DNA from: an uncultured Alphaproteobacteria bacterium | Lineage (GTDB): Bacteria > Pseudomonadota > Alphaproteobacteria > HIMB59 > GCA-002718135 | Length of the DNA stretch: 50,293 bases | Direction of reading: 5' to 3' | NCBI GenBank assembly: GCA_902538155.1 | Contig: CACBDX010000004.1 | Span: forward strand, 1 to 50,293 | Shown: positions 27,684 to 37,488 of the stretch, piece after piece | Layout of the letters: every line of letters starts with the position of its first letter | How positions within the stretch are numbered: position 1 is the first letter of the stretch | Notes under the pieces: model-generated | The model's input: the letters and a program-made list of their open reading frames with translations, nothing else | What the model was told of the DNA's origin: nothing | Database searches by the model: none | Position numbers and translations under genes: made by a program

Positions 27684-28865
27684 ATGAAACTATCAATTAA
27701 TAACAATTCTCCGATCAATTTATTAATTTTGTCATCAATAGCTATGCCTATCGCTTTTAGTACTTGGATGGTTTTGTTAAATAATTTTTCCGTTGAGAGA
27801 GCAAACTTTACTGGAGTAGAAATTGGTATACTGCAAAGTATAAGAGAGATACCTGGTTTTTTAGCTTTTACTATTATTTTTTTATTATTTTATTTTAAGG
27901 AACAATATTTTGCTATTTTTTCTTTAGCATTAACTGGTTTCGGTGTTGCAATAACTGGCTTTTTACCAACTATATATGGTTTGTACTTTACAACAATAAT
28001 TATGAGTACTGGCTTTCACTATTGTGAAACAGCAAAAAATTCTTTGAGTCTGCAGTGGCTATCTAAAGAAGAGGCTCCTCCAGTTTTGGGAAAGTTAATA
28101 GCTGTTAGCTCAATTACATCTTTAATTTTATATTGTATTATTTGGAGTTTATTAGAAATCTTTAATCTAGATTATAAATTTATTTTTTTAATTGCAGGAT
28201 TAATATGTATTTTTATATCTTTGTACCTTTTTATTTATTTTCCCTTTTTTGAAATTAAGAATAAGCAACACAAAAAAATAATACTTAAAAAAGAATATTC
28301 TCTTTACTACATTCTAATTTTTTTATCAGGTGCGAGAAGACAAATTTTTGTTGTTTTTGCAGCTTTTTTAATGGTTGAAAAATTTGGTTATTCAGCATCA
28401 CAAGTTACTTTATTATTTTTAGTTAATTATATTTTTAATTGGTTTTTTGCAGAAAAAATTGGGAAATTAATAAACATTTTCGGTGAAAAAAAGTGTCTTA
28501 TATTTGAATATATAGGCCTTGTTATAGTATTTACATCATATGCATTTGTTACAAATGCTTATGTTGCAGCTGGTTTATATATTATTGATCATATGTTTTT
28601 TGCTTTAGCAATAGCAATAAACACATATTTTCAAAAAATAGCTGATCCGAAAGATATTTCAAGCACTGCTGGAGTTTCATTTACTATAAATCACATTGCA
28701 GCTGTATTTATACCTGTGATTTTAGGATTTATCTGGATTAACTCTCACTCATTAGTATTTCTAATTGGATCTTTTTTTGCATTTCTTTCATTAATTGCAT
28801 CTTTTTTTATTCCTAATTCATTGCATAAAATTAAAAAAGAGTTAGTAGAATTTACAAGTTATTAA
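27684..28865 (+). CDS. MFS transporter
   Basis: About 12 TM; motifs QSIREIPG, GARRQIF and FTINHIAAV. Confidence 0.88.
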   Translation: MKLSINNNSPINLLILSSIAMPIAFSTWMVLLNNFSVERANFTGVEIGILQSIREIPGFLAFTIIFLLFYFKEQYFAIFSLALTGFGVAITGFLPTIYGLYFTTIIMSTGFHYCETAKNSLSLQWLSKEEAPPVLGKLIAVSSITSLILYCIIWSLLEIFNLDYKFIFLIAGLICIFISLYLFIYFPFFEIKNKQHKKIILKKEYSLYYILIFLSGARRQIFVVFAAFLMVEKFGYSASQVTLLFLVNYIFNWFFAEKIGKLINIFGEKKCLIFEYIGLVIVFTSYAFVTNAYVAAGLYIIDHMFFALAIAINTYFQKIADPKDISSTAGVSFTINHIAAVFIPVILGFIWINSHSLVFLIGSFFAFLSLIASFFIPNSLHKIKKELVEFTSY

Positions 28866-28866
28866 A

Positions 28867-29778
28867 TTAGTGACCTCTATTAAATTGGTCACGAAATCTT
28901 GAATCTTCTTTAATATATGGCCTAACCCCTATTTTTGTTTCTCTAATTATTATATAAATTCCACTACCAACAATAATTAATGATCCTATAATTTCATAAA
29001 TATCTGGAATATCAGCAAAAAATAAATAACCTAAAATTGCTCCAGAAATTAGTTGTGTATATTGAATAGGAGCAAAAACACTAGACTCTAAAAATTTGGA
29101 GGCGATTGTTAAACAATTACCCCCTATTCCACAAATAATACCACAAAAAACAAGTATCATTAGATCATTAAAAGATAATGCGATGTGGCTATTAAAACTA
29201 AGTAATCCATTTAAAATAGTTGCAGATAAAAAAGCATAAAAAGTAAATGCTATTGATGATTGATTATTTGAATACTTTCTTACTAAAGTAATATTAATCG
29301 CCATTAGTAATGCGGAAAAAAATAAACCAAATAGACTTAATGAAAAATGAATAGTGCCAGGTCTACTAACTATTAATACACCAATAAATCCAACTGTTAC
29401 CGCTGACCATCTTCTAATACCAACTTTTTCTTCTAAAAAAAAATGGGATAACATTGTTATCATTAATGGAGCACTAAATAATATTGGGTAAATTTCACTA
29501 AAAGCATGTTTTCTAAATGAATAAACTACTAAAGCCCCTGAAATTAATCCAAATAATCCTCTAAGAAGCTGTATATGAATAATATCATTTTTTAGTGAGC
29601 TCCATTTGTTTAGAAAATAAAGAGTTAATAGTGTTGGTATAAAACTAAAAAGACAAATATAAAAATTTATTTGAAAAACAGAATATTCATTAACTAGGTA
29701 TTTTTTAATTATTGTATCTAAAATGACAAATATTGTGTAACCAATAAATCCAATACTAATTCCAGATAAAACATTCAT
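28867..29778 (-). CDS. DMT/EamA transporter
   Basis: Motif LEEKVGIRRWSAVxVGFIGVLIVxRPG. Confidence 0.9.
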   Translation of the reverse strand: MNVLSGISIGFIGYTIFVILDTIIKKYLVNEYSVFQINFYICLFSFIPTLLTLYFLNKWSSLKNDIIHIQLLRGLFGLISGALVVYSFRKHAFSEIYPILFSAPLMITMLSHFFLEEKVGIRRWSAVTVGFIGVLIVSRPGTIHFSLSLFGLFFSALLMAINITLVRKYSNNQSSIAFTFYAFLSATILNGLLSFNSHIALSFNDLMILVFCGIICGIGGNCLTIASKFLESSVFAPIQYTQLISGAILGYLFFADIPDIYEIIGSLIIVGSGIYIIIRETKIGVRPYIKEDSRFRDQFNRGH

Positions 29779-29840
29779 ATGATTTGATTAAATAGAAGTT
29801 AATTTTTAGTTTTCTTATTTCAGATTCTAATAAATAAATA

Positions 29841-30620
29841 TTAATTTTTTCTTATTGTTTCATTATAATGATTATTTAATACTAAAAGATGTTGATAAGC
29901 CTCATGATCAAAGTCATCTTTAGCTATTTGATCTGTCTTAAAATTTTTATACTTATCTTCTCCTCTTACACAAATAGCGCTATCATTTTTGCTTTTTAGT
30001 TGTTTCATATCAGTAGAAATAAATTGAAAATTTAATCCTATTCTTCTGTCATTGCTAGAATTAGGTTGAGATGCGTGTAATGTTAGACCATGATGAAAGG
30101 AAACTTCACCGGGTTCTAACGGACATGATACTGCTTTATTTATATCAATATCTTTTACAGTTTGACCTCTAGATAAAACATTATTTTTATCTTCAGTTGA
30201 ATGATGTTCAAAAAATCCATTTTTATGGGAACCTGGAATCATTTTCATACAACCACTTTGATCATTAGCTTTGGATAAAGCTAACCATGCACTTACTTGT
30301 TTTTCATTATTATCAAAGCCCCAATAGGTAAGATCTTGATGCCAACTTACGTGTGTTTTAGTGTTTGGTTCTTTTATTATAAAAGTTGCATTATATAATA
30401 ATATATTTTTACCAATTATTTCTTCAACAAAATCAAGCAATATTTTATTAGTTGCTATTTCATACACCCATTTCATTATTGTATAAGTTTTCACAATATA
30501 ATGAAGTTTACCTAATTTTTTTTCTGAGTCTTCTAATTTATTTCTAAAAAAATTTGCTTCTTTTGCATTATAAATTTTTAATGGTGAAAAATAGCCATTT
30601 AGATCATAAAAATCTTTCAT
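29841..30620 (-). CDS. Phytanoyl-CoA dioxygenase (PhyH) family Fe(II)/2OG oxygenase
   Basis: Motifs WHQD, PGSH, LHAS and RRIG. ATG at 30620 preferred (track uses TTG at 30680). Confidence 0.9.
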   Translation of the reverse strand: MKDFYDLNGYFSPLKIYNAKEANFFRNKLEDSEKKLGKLHYIVKTYTIMKWVYEIATNKILLDFVEEIIGKNILLYNATFIIKEPNTKTHVSWHQDLTYWGFDNNEKQVSAWLALSKANDQSGCMKMIPGSHKNGFFEHHSTEDKNNVLSRGQTVKDIDINKAVSCPLEPGEVSFHHGLTLHASQPNSSNDRRIGLNFQFISTDMKQLKSKNDSAICVRGEDKYKNFKTDQIAKDDFDHEAYQHLLVLNNHYNETIRKN

Positions 30621-30729
30621 TCTTAAAATATTATTTAAATTGATTATTAATTCAATAAAAATTAACAATAAAAAAACCAATTAAACAAATAATTAATAAA
30701 TCAAATATTAAAACAAATTCCATATTGGT

Positions 30730-30798
30730 TGTGACACTAATTCTTTATGGATAGAATACATTTACTCACTAAATATATATTGGTAGATTAGTGCCACA
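30730..30798. repeat. Inverted-repeat element copy 2 (TGTGACACTAAT...ATTAGTGCCACA)
   Basis: 12-bp arms, fully paired with one G-U on the minus strand, in a divergent intergenic region. Confidence 0.75.
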
Positions 30799-30852
30799 TA
30801 AACTATGTACAAATTAATTTAGGCATAAATTGAGTTAAAAAGAGGCAAATTT

Positions 30853-31761
30853 ATGAAAAAAATCAGTTGGGTAACACACGAAGATTATGACATTCCTCTG
30901 CCTGAAAATCATAAATTTACTGCCAGTAAGTTTTCAGATTTATATAATGAATTAAAAACTTCAGATTTTTATCATCGTGCAAAAATTCTAAGTCCTCAAA
31001 AATCAAGTGTTGATGAAGTTTCTATATGTCATGATTTAGATTACGTATTAAAAATTAAAAATGGTACTTTGTCCGATAAAGAAATAAGGAGATTGGGTTT
31101 TAAATGGTCAGAAGCACTTTCTAATCGCTCCTTTTTAGCAGTTAATGGAACTCTATTAACATGCAAAGAAGCAATCAAGAATGGTATAGCAAATCATTTA
31201 GCAGGTGGAACACACCATAGTCATAGAGATTTTGGTTCAGGATACTGTGTTTTTAATGATTTGGCTTATGCTTCATTACATTTAATAAGAACCCATCAAG
31301 TAAAAAAAATATTAATCTTTGATACTGATGTACATCAAGGAGATGGTACAGCCTCAATCCTTAAAGATAATGATAAAATTTTTACATGTTCTATTCATTG
31401 TAAAAATAATTTTCCATTTAGAAAATCAATAAGTGACATGGATGTTGAATTAGATGATAATTTAGAAGATAATGAATATTTAGATATATTATATCAAACT
31501 CTTAATAGTTGTATAAAAAATTTTAATCCTGATTTAGTAATTTTTGATACTGGAGTTGATATTCATGTGAATGATAAATTAGGAAATTTAAAAATAACAA
31601 CTGAAGGATTATTAAAAAGAGATATTACAGTGTTAGAATTTTTTAAAAATAAATCAATTCCTATTGCGACAGTAATAGGTGGTGGATATTCAAATGATAA
31701 ATTAGAATTAGCTAAAAGACATAGTTTAATTTTTAAAGCTACATCAATGGTTTTTAATTAA
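30853..31761 (+). CDS. Histone deacetylase-family (Zn-dependent) amidohydrolase
   Basis: Motifs GGTHH, GYCVFND, DVHQGDGT and GGGY. Confidence 0.93.
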   Translation: MKKISWVTHEDYDIPLPENHKFTASKFSDLYNELKTSDFYHRAKILSPQKSSVDEVSICHDLDYVLKIKNGTLSDKEIRRLGFKWSEALSNRSFLAVNGTLLTCKEAIKNGIANHLAGGTHHSHRDFGSGYCVFNDLAYASLHLIRTHQVKKILIFDTDVHQGDGTASILKDNDKIFTCSIHCKNNFPFRKSISDMDVELDDNLEDNEYLDILYQTLNSCIKNFNPDLVIFDTGVDIHVNDKLGNLKITTEGLLKRDITVLEFFKNKSIPIATVIGGGYSNDKLELAKRHSLIFKATSMVFN

Positions 31762-32165
31762 TTACATTTAGTAATAACTACTCGTATAGACATGTCATTA
31801 TAGAGATATTCAAAACAAAAATTTTTAAACGAATTAAAATGATTATTTATAATTTTTAAACTTTTTTTATTGTGATCTAAAAAAATATATTCAAATATAA
31901 TTTTTTCAACAATATCCTTAGAAAAAATTGGCATTGTAATTATTTCGCCATCATTAAATATTGATTTTAAATAAAATACATCTGAGTCATTATCTACTTT
32001 AGAAAATGAATTCTTTTTTATGAGAAAAAGAACATTTTCGTTCCAATCATTCTTTTGAAGATCAAAAAGTATTTTTAAATCATCGAGGTTTATTAATTTA
32101 TTTGAATCTAAGGCGTAAGTATTTAGTGATAAAAAAATAAAACATAAAAAAAGTAATTTTTTCAT
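31758..32165 (-). CDS. Hypothetical secreted protein
   Basis: Signal peptide MKKLLFL...TYA. Confidence 0.65.
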   Translation of the reverse strand: MKKLLFLCFIFLSLNTYALDSNKLINLDDLKILFDLQKNDWNENVLFLIKKNSFSKVDNDSDVFYLKSIFNDGEIITMPIFSKDIVEKIIFEYIFLDHNKKSLKIINNHFNSFKNFCFEYLYNDMSIRVVITKCN

Positions 32166-32233
32166 AAAAACAAGTGTGAATTAAAGAACGATACTGATAG
32201 ATATATTAATAATCTATTTATTTTCAAATATTT

Positions 32234-33088
32234 ATGAAAACAAGAAATAAGGGGCTTATACTATCATTTGTAGGGGTTTTAATACTTAGCCCTGATAGTT
32301 TATTTATTAGATTAGTAAATTTAGATGATTTTAGTTTAATATTTTATAGAAGCGCTCTACCAATTGTTACGATACTAATTTTTCTCATTTATACTTACAA
32401 AAGATCTTTTCTTAAATCATTTTATCTAATTGGTGTGCCAGGGATAATCTACGCTATTCTCTATGCTATAACTCATATTTGTTTTGTATATTCAATTCAA
32501 AATACTGCTGTAGCTAATACATTAGTTCTAATTGCATCAGCTCCTATTTTTGCTGCATTATTTTCAGTTTTTATACTTAAAGAAATACCAAGTCTTTTTA
32601 CATGGATAGTGATTTTAATTGCTATGCTTGCAATGATAATAATTGGAATAGGAAGCTTTACAACTACAGGATTATATGGAGATATTATGGCTCTAATTGT
32701 AGCAATAGGAATGGGTTTTAGTATGGTTCTTGTTAGATTATTTAAAAATAAAGATTTGGTACCTGCATGTTTATTAGGATGTTTAATATCAGCTCTTTAC
32801 GCTATACCATTTGGAATTAACTTTGATTTAAATAATGATCAAATTTTATTTCTTTTCATAATGTGCTTATTAATACTTCCTATTCCATTTATGATTTTAA
32901 CAATTTCTCCTAAATTTGCTCCAGCACACGAAGTAGCTCTAATATTTTTATTAGAAAGTGTTTTAGGTACTGCTTGGGTTTGGTTTGTTATAAATGAAAT
33001 TCCTCCTCTAAATACAATTATAGGAGGAGCCCTACTGCTTGGATCTGTTACAATATTTATTTATCAAACAACTAGAAAAACTAATTAG
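32234..33088 (+). CDS. DMT/EamA transporter
   Basis: About 10 TM; motifs ILKE and LLESVLG. Confidence 0.88.
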   Translation: MKTRNKGLILSFVGVLILSPDSLFIRLVNLDDFSLIFYRSALPIVTILIFLIYTYKRSFLKSFYLIGVPGIIYAILYAITHICFVYSIQNTAVANTLVLIASAPIFAALFSVFILKEIPSLFTWIVILIAMLAMIIIGIGSFTTTGLYGDIMALIVAIGMGFSMVLVRLFKNKDLVPACLLGCLISALYAIPFGINFDLNNDQILFLFIMCLLILPIPFMILTISPKFAPAHEVALIFLLESVLGTAWVWFVINEIPPLNTIIGGALLLGSVTIFIYQTTRKTN

Positions 33089-33935
33089 TTTTTTTAATCT
33101 CTCTTCTTTCTCTAATAAAAATATAAATACCGCTAAAAACAATTAAAGATAATCCTAAATAAATCCAAATATCAGGCAAATCACCGAAGAAGGCATATCC
33201 AACAAGTATATTTGTGGAGATCTCAAAATAACCCAAAGGAGCTAGTTTAGAAGCTTCTCCAAGTCTTAAAGAAAGAATTATTAAAAAATGTCCTAAAGTT
33301 CCAATTGAAGCTAATAAAATAAGCAATAATAATTGTCTTAAATCTAAATTTATCCAGTAAAAAGGAACAATAAGAGATATAAAAATACAACCTACGATAC
33401 CTGTAAAAAGCAAAGTAACAACAGCACTATCTGTAAAAGATAATTTTCGAGTATAAATTATGTATAAAGCGTATGAAATTCCTGCTGCAATAGCTGAGAA
33501 AGATGCTAAATTTATTTCTATAAAACCTGGTCTTATAATGATCATAACACCAAAAAACCCAATCAAAACTGCAGTCCATCGATGAATTCCAACTTTTTCT
33601 TTTAAATAAAAAATTGATAATATTGTCACTATTATTGGAGAGATAAATGCAAGCGTTAAAGCTTCCGCTAAAGTTATTACTGAAATTGCATAAAAGAAAA
33701 AAACGGTAGATAAAAATAAAAAAAAACTTCTAAATAACTGTACTGAAATTGTTTTAGGAAAACTAATTTCTTTTCTAAAAAATATAAATGCTAGTGGAAA
33801 ACTGACTAAAAGCATAAAAAAATATCTACCCCAAACAACTTGTATGAAATGTATTTCTGAAGATAGATATTTTGCAATACCATCCATGAAAGGTAATAAC
33901 AGCCAACCTGATATATTAAGAATATATGCTAACAT
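33081..33935 (-). CDS. DMT/EamA transporter
   Basis: Motif LKEKVGIHRWxAVxIGFxGVxIIIRPG. Confidence 0.9.
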   Translation of the reverse strand: MLAYILNISGWLLLPFMDGIAKYLSSEIHFIQVVWGRYFFMLLVSFPLAFIFFRKEISFPKTISVQLFRSFFLFLSTVFFFYAISVITLAEALTLAFISPIIVTILSIFYLKEKVGIHRWTAVLIGFFGVMIIIRPGFIEINLASFSAIAAGISYALYIIYTRKLSFTDSAVVTLLFTGIVGCIFISLIVPFYWINLDLRQLLLLILLASIGTLGHFLIILSLRLGEASKLAPLGYFEISTNILVGYAFFGDLPDIWIYLGLSLIVFSGIYIFIRERREIKKTN

Positions 33936-33940
33936 TAATT

Positions 33941-34342
33941 TTATTTAAAAGATGATGGATCACAAATCTTACAAATTAAATCTCCAATTGATTTTTTAGG
34001 ATTGTAAGTTTGATAGAAAATATCTTTTGCAGAAATATTATTTTCAGATAAATATTTTTCTATTTCCCAATAATACCTAAAACATTTTGAACATTGTGCA
34101 GCATTTTCTTTATGTGATGGTTTGTATATTTCATTCCAAAGTTTGGACATTTCATTTTGCTTATCAAGAGAAATATTTTCTGAAATAATTGATGGAATAT
34201 CCATAAAACACTTAGCGCATTGTATTTCAGATGTTACATTTTTATATGGTTCATCTTTATAGTTTTTTCCTATTGTAGTTTTACCAATATATTTATCTGA
34301 ACTACAATTTGGACAAAAAAAATTGATTTTATTGCTAAGCAT
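33941..34342 (-). CDS. Hypothetical protein with four CxxC motifs (double zinc-ribbon-like)
   Basis: CPNC, CAKC, CSKC and CKIC. Confidence 0.7.
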   Translation of the reverse strand: MLSNKINFFCPNCSSDKYIGKTTIGKNYKDEPYKNVTSEIQCAKCFMDIPSIISENISLDKQNEMSKLWNEIYKPSHKENAAQCSKCFRYYWEIEKYLSENNISAKDIFYQTYNPKKSIGDLICKICDPSSFK

Positions 34343-34402
34343 TTTATTCTATGAATAAATTTTCATAACATTTATAAATAAAGAATAGAATTATTATTTA
34401 TA

Positions 34403-35278
34403 ATGAACCTATATCTTTCATATCTATTTATTTTTTTTTGGAGTAGTGCTTTTATAAGTGGTCAATTTATTGTGCAATCAGCAAGCCCTTTTGCAGCACT
34501 ATGTTTTAGGTTTTGTATTGTAAGTGCATTTTTTTTAATTTTTTCTATTATTTTTAGGGAAAGAATAAGAATAAATCGAAATTTAATCTTTCAAGCTATG
34601 ATTACGGGAATTCTTTTTCATGGATTTTATTTAGGTGGAGTTTTTTTTTCTTATTCTATGGGACTTACTGCAACATTATCTGCGTTAATTGTATGCCTTC
34701 AACCTATTTTAACAAATATTCTAAGTGGACCTATTTTAAAAGAAAAAGTTACTGTTACGCAATGGATAGGAATATTTTTTGGTTTTTTAGGCACTATATT
34801 AGTTATAGGTTATGATATTGGAACAGAAATCCCAACAATAGGTGTTATTGCTTCTATTGTTGCACTTTTAGGAGCAACTTCAGCTACTATTTGGCAAAAA
34901 AAATTTACTCATGAAATCAGTCTTTCAGTTAATAATTTTTATCAAGCATTAAGTGCTGGAATATTTTTATTTATAATTTCATTTTTTTTTGAAATATCAT
35001 TTATTAATTTTGATACACGTTTTATTTTATCAATTTCTTGGCAAATCATTATGGTATCCTTTGGAGCTTACGCAATTCTAATGTACTTGATAAAAAATGG
35101 AACAGCTTCTAAAACATCAAGTCTCTTCTTTCTAGTACCTCCAACTACAGCTGTAATGGCTTGGTTTGTATTAGGTGAAAAATTATTATTAATAGATATT
35201 ATAGGGTTGTTAATTTGTACTTTTGGTGTTTATATAGCAACTCGAACCAATGTGAGTAAAAATGTACATAATTCTTAA
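34403..35278 (+). CDS. DMT/EamA transporter
   Basis: Motifs WSSAF, LQPIL, LKEKV and LVPP. Confidence 0.9.
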   Translation: MNLYLSYLFIFFWSSAFISGQFIVQSASPFAALCFRFCIVSAFFLIFSIIFRERIRINRNLIFQAMITGILFHGFYLGGVFFSYSMGLTATLSALIVCLQPILTNILSGPILKEKVTVTQWIGIFFGFLGTILVIGYDIGTEIPTIGVIASIVALLGATSATIWQKKFTHEISLSVNNFYQALSAGIFLFIISFFFEISFINFDTRFILSISWQIIMVSFGAYAILMYLIKNGTASKTSSLFFLVPPTTAVMAWFVLGEKLLLIDIIGLLICTFGVYIATRTNVSKNVHNS

Positions 35279-35609
35279 AACACTAATCAGTGCAATTATA
35301 ATTGTTGCTGTTTCAGAAATAGCTAAAAAATATACTTGGACTGCCGCAATTATTGTTTCTTTACCATTGACTTCACTATTGGCATTTGTTTGGTTGTATT
35401 GGGATACAAAAGACTATCAAAAAGTTATAGATCTCTCTTATAGCACAATTGTAATGACTGTACCTTCAATAGTATTTTTTATTGTTTTACCAATACTTTT
35501 AAAATTTAAACAAAACTTTTTTTTCTCTTTGATAGTTTCAATAATTAGCACTGCAATAGCTTATGCTATTTTTATGTTTATAATTAAAAAATTGAATTTT
35601 AATTTTTAA
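35262..35609 (+). CDS. DUF3147-like small membrane protein
   Basis: Motifs IIxAVSEIAK and SLPLTSLLA. Confidence 0.75.
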   Translation: MYIILKTLISAIIIVAVSEIAKKYTWTAAIIVSLPLTSLLAFVWLYWDTKDYQKVIDLSYSTIVMTVPSIVFFIVLPILLKFKQNFFFSLIVSIISTAIAYAIFMFIIKKLNFNF

Positions 35610-35784
35610 TTATATTATCTTTATTCATTAAAATTGGCCTTCCATCATGTGCAGTATTTAATGGATAATAATCACCATTATATTTAACACATAATGTTAA
35701 ACCATTTCTTTTTTCTTTACCTAAATTTACCTCTAAATCTACTATTACTAGTTCAGTTTTTTCTAAAACTTTAATAATTTTCAT
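35599..35784 (-). CDS. Small hypothetical protein
   Basis: 61-aa ORF with a GAAAGGA SD; PLNTxxDGRPILM-type motif. Confidence 0.7.
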   Translation of the reverse strand: MKIIKVLEKTELVIVDLEVNLGKEKRNGLTLCVKYNGDYYPLNTAHDGRPILMNKDNIIKN

Positions 35785-35844
35785 AACTATCCTTTCAAAA
35801 TATATAAATATATTTAGTAAGTACTATAAGATGTATCAAGTTTT

Positions 35845-36639
35845 ATGATTAGAGTTTTACTTATATTTATTTTATTATTCTTGATTAAGAATGCTCTAGC
35901 TGATGATGAACATATAACCATAGCAAGCACAACTTCTACACACGATACGGGTTTATTAGAATATATTAACAAAGAATTTGAAAAAAAATATAAAATAAAA
36001 GTCAGAGCATTATCTCTTGGAACAGGTCAGGCAATTAAAGTTGCAATGGATGGAAATGTTGAAATTTTATTAGTTCATCATAAAAAATCAGAACTAGAAT
36101 TTATGAATAAGGGATATGGCACCCTAAGATATGATTTGATGTATAATGATTTTGTCTTGATAGGGCCAAAAAAAGATAACAAAACATGCTCTTCAATTGA
36201 AAATAAAATGATTGAAATAAAAAAATCAAAATTATTATTTGTATCAAGAGGTGATGAGAGTGGAACACACAAAAAGGAGAAAGAGCTTTGGGAATTATCA
36301 AATATAAATATACCATTTAAAGAAAATTGGTATCTCAGTGTTGGTCAGGGAATGGGCTCAACATTATTAATAGCTAATCAAAAGAATGCGTACACTCTTA
36401 GTGATCGTAGCACTTGGATAGCTTTTAATAAAAAAGAAAATCTACAAATTGTCTGTGAAAATTTACCACCATTATTTAATCAATATGGGATAATTTTAGT
36501 AAGCAATAAGATAAATAATAATTTAAATATTGAAGAGGCTAAAAAATATATTGATTGGATTACTTCAGAAGAAGCAAAAAAATTGATTAATAATTATCGG
36601 GTAAATGGAAAACAATTATTTTTCTTTAATCATAGTTAG
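35845..36639 (+). CDS. tupA: Tungstate ABC transporter substrate-binding protein
   Basis: Motifs TTS, GTGQA, YNDF, SRGDxSGT, GQGMG and YTLSDR; signal peptide. Confidence 0.88.
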   Translation: MIRVLLIFILLFLIKNALADDEHITIASTTSTHDTGLLEYINKEFEKKYKIKVRALSLGTGQAIKVAMDGNVEILLVHHKKSELEFMNKGYGTLRYDLMYNDFVLIGPKKDNKTCSSIENKMIEIKKSKLLFVSRGDESGTHKKEKELWELSNINIPFKENWYLSVGQGMGSTLLIANQKNAYTLSDRSTWIAFNKKENLQIVCENLPPLFNQYGIILVSNKINNNLNIEEAKKYIDWITSEEAKKLINNYRVNGKQLFFFNHS

Positions 36640-37418
36640 TTAATTCTACCAAAAAATGTTAATCTTGCATTTTCAGAGAGCATTGTGCCCTCTTCTTCAT
36701 TATAATTAAGTGTTATTAATATTCTTGGTTTTTCAGACTCTACTGGTGTTACACGATGCAAATAATTTCTACCATAAAATAATATAAGAGTACCGGCATC
36801 AACATCTGCTTTTTGTGGTAGAATTTTTCTATCTAAAATATCTTTAATATATGATTTATCGATATAGTTTTCAGAAAAATTTCTACCTTTACTAACATAT
36901 TCAAATTCACCACCTTTATCTGATGATTGTATCATTAAAGTGATAGCAAATGATGCATTATCAAAATGCCATCCTAGCTGTTGTGATTTTTGATAATAAT
37001 TATAATTTATGGAAGATAAGGTATCACTGTATGGATAAATATCTTTTAAATTTAAGACACCTTTTAAAAAATTTTTAAAAATATTTGATTGATATAAAAT
37101 ATTTAATTTTGATTGCTGATCTAACAGATCATGAGGGACACAACCTTTATCACTAACGACCTCTCTATTTAAAGGATCATTCAAGTCACTTAATTTATCT
37201 TGTTTATTAAGTAAGATAGTATGATTTTGAGAACAATAGAAAGCTTGATCTTGTAATCCATGTGCTTCAGTAATTAATTCACTTAAGCAGTCATTTGTTA
37301 AAAAATTATTTAATATTAGTATAGAATTTTTTTTAATTTCATCATTGCAATATTGTATATATTCATCGCTATCTATTGGATGTTTTGACTGATTAACTAT
37401 ATCAATTATGGTATTCAT
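36636..37418 (-). CDS. Fe(II)/2OG oxygenase (BesD/HalD-related fold, hydroxylase-type)
   Basis: Motifs GWHFD, GGEFEY and LHRVTPV...R. Confidence 0.75.
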   Translation of the reverse strand: MNTIIDIVNQSKHPIDSDEYIQYCNDEIKKNSILILNNFLTNDCLSELITEAHGLQDQAFYCSQNHTILLNKQDKLSDLNDPLNREVVSDKGCVPHDLLDQQSKLNILYQSNIFKNFLKGVLNLKDIYPYSDTLSSINYNYYQKSQQLGWHFDNASFAITLMIQSSDKGGEFEYVSKGRNFSENYIDKSYIKDILDRKILPQKADVDAGTLILFYGRNYLHRVTPVESEKPRILITLNYNEEEGTMLSENARLTFFGRIN

Positions 37419-37488
37419 TACTGACTTAATACTTATATACTAAAGTTGTAGATGTTAAATTTAAAAAATTTATATATATTTATTCAAT

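Noticed and set aside
30621-30680. Hydrophobic N-terminal extension on the PhyH ORF in the track
   Set aside because: It arises from an upstream TTG; ATG at 30620 gives the normal family start.
30789-30846. SAM-II/SAM-V-like 3' tail (TAAATTGAGTTAAAAAGAGG) before the HDAC-family gene
   Set aside because: The conserved loop sequence of those aptamers is missing, and the downstream gene is not a sulfur/SAM gene.
36636-37418. Radical halogenase
   Set aside because: The iron-ligating Asp is retained (HFD).
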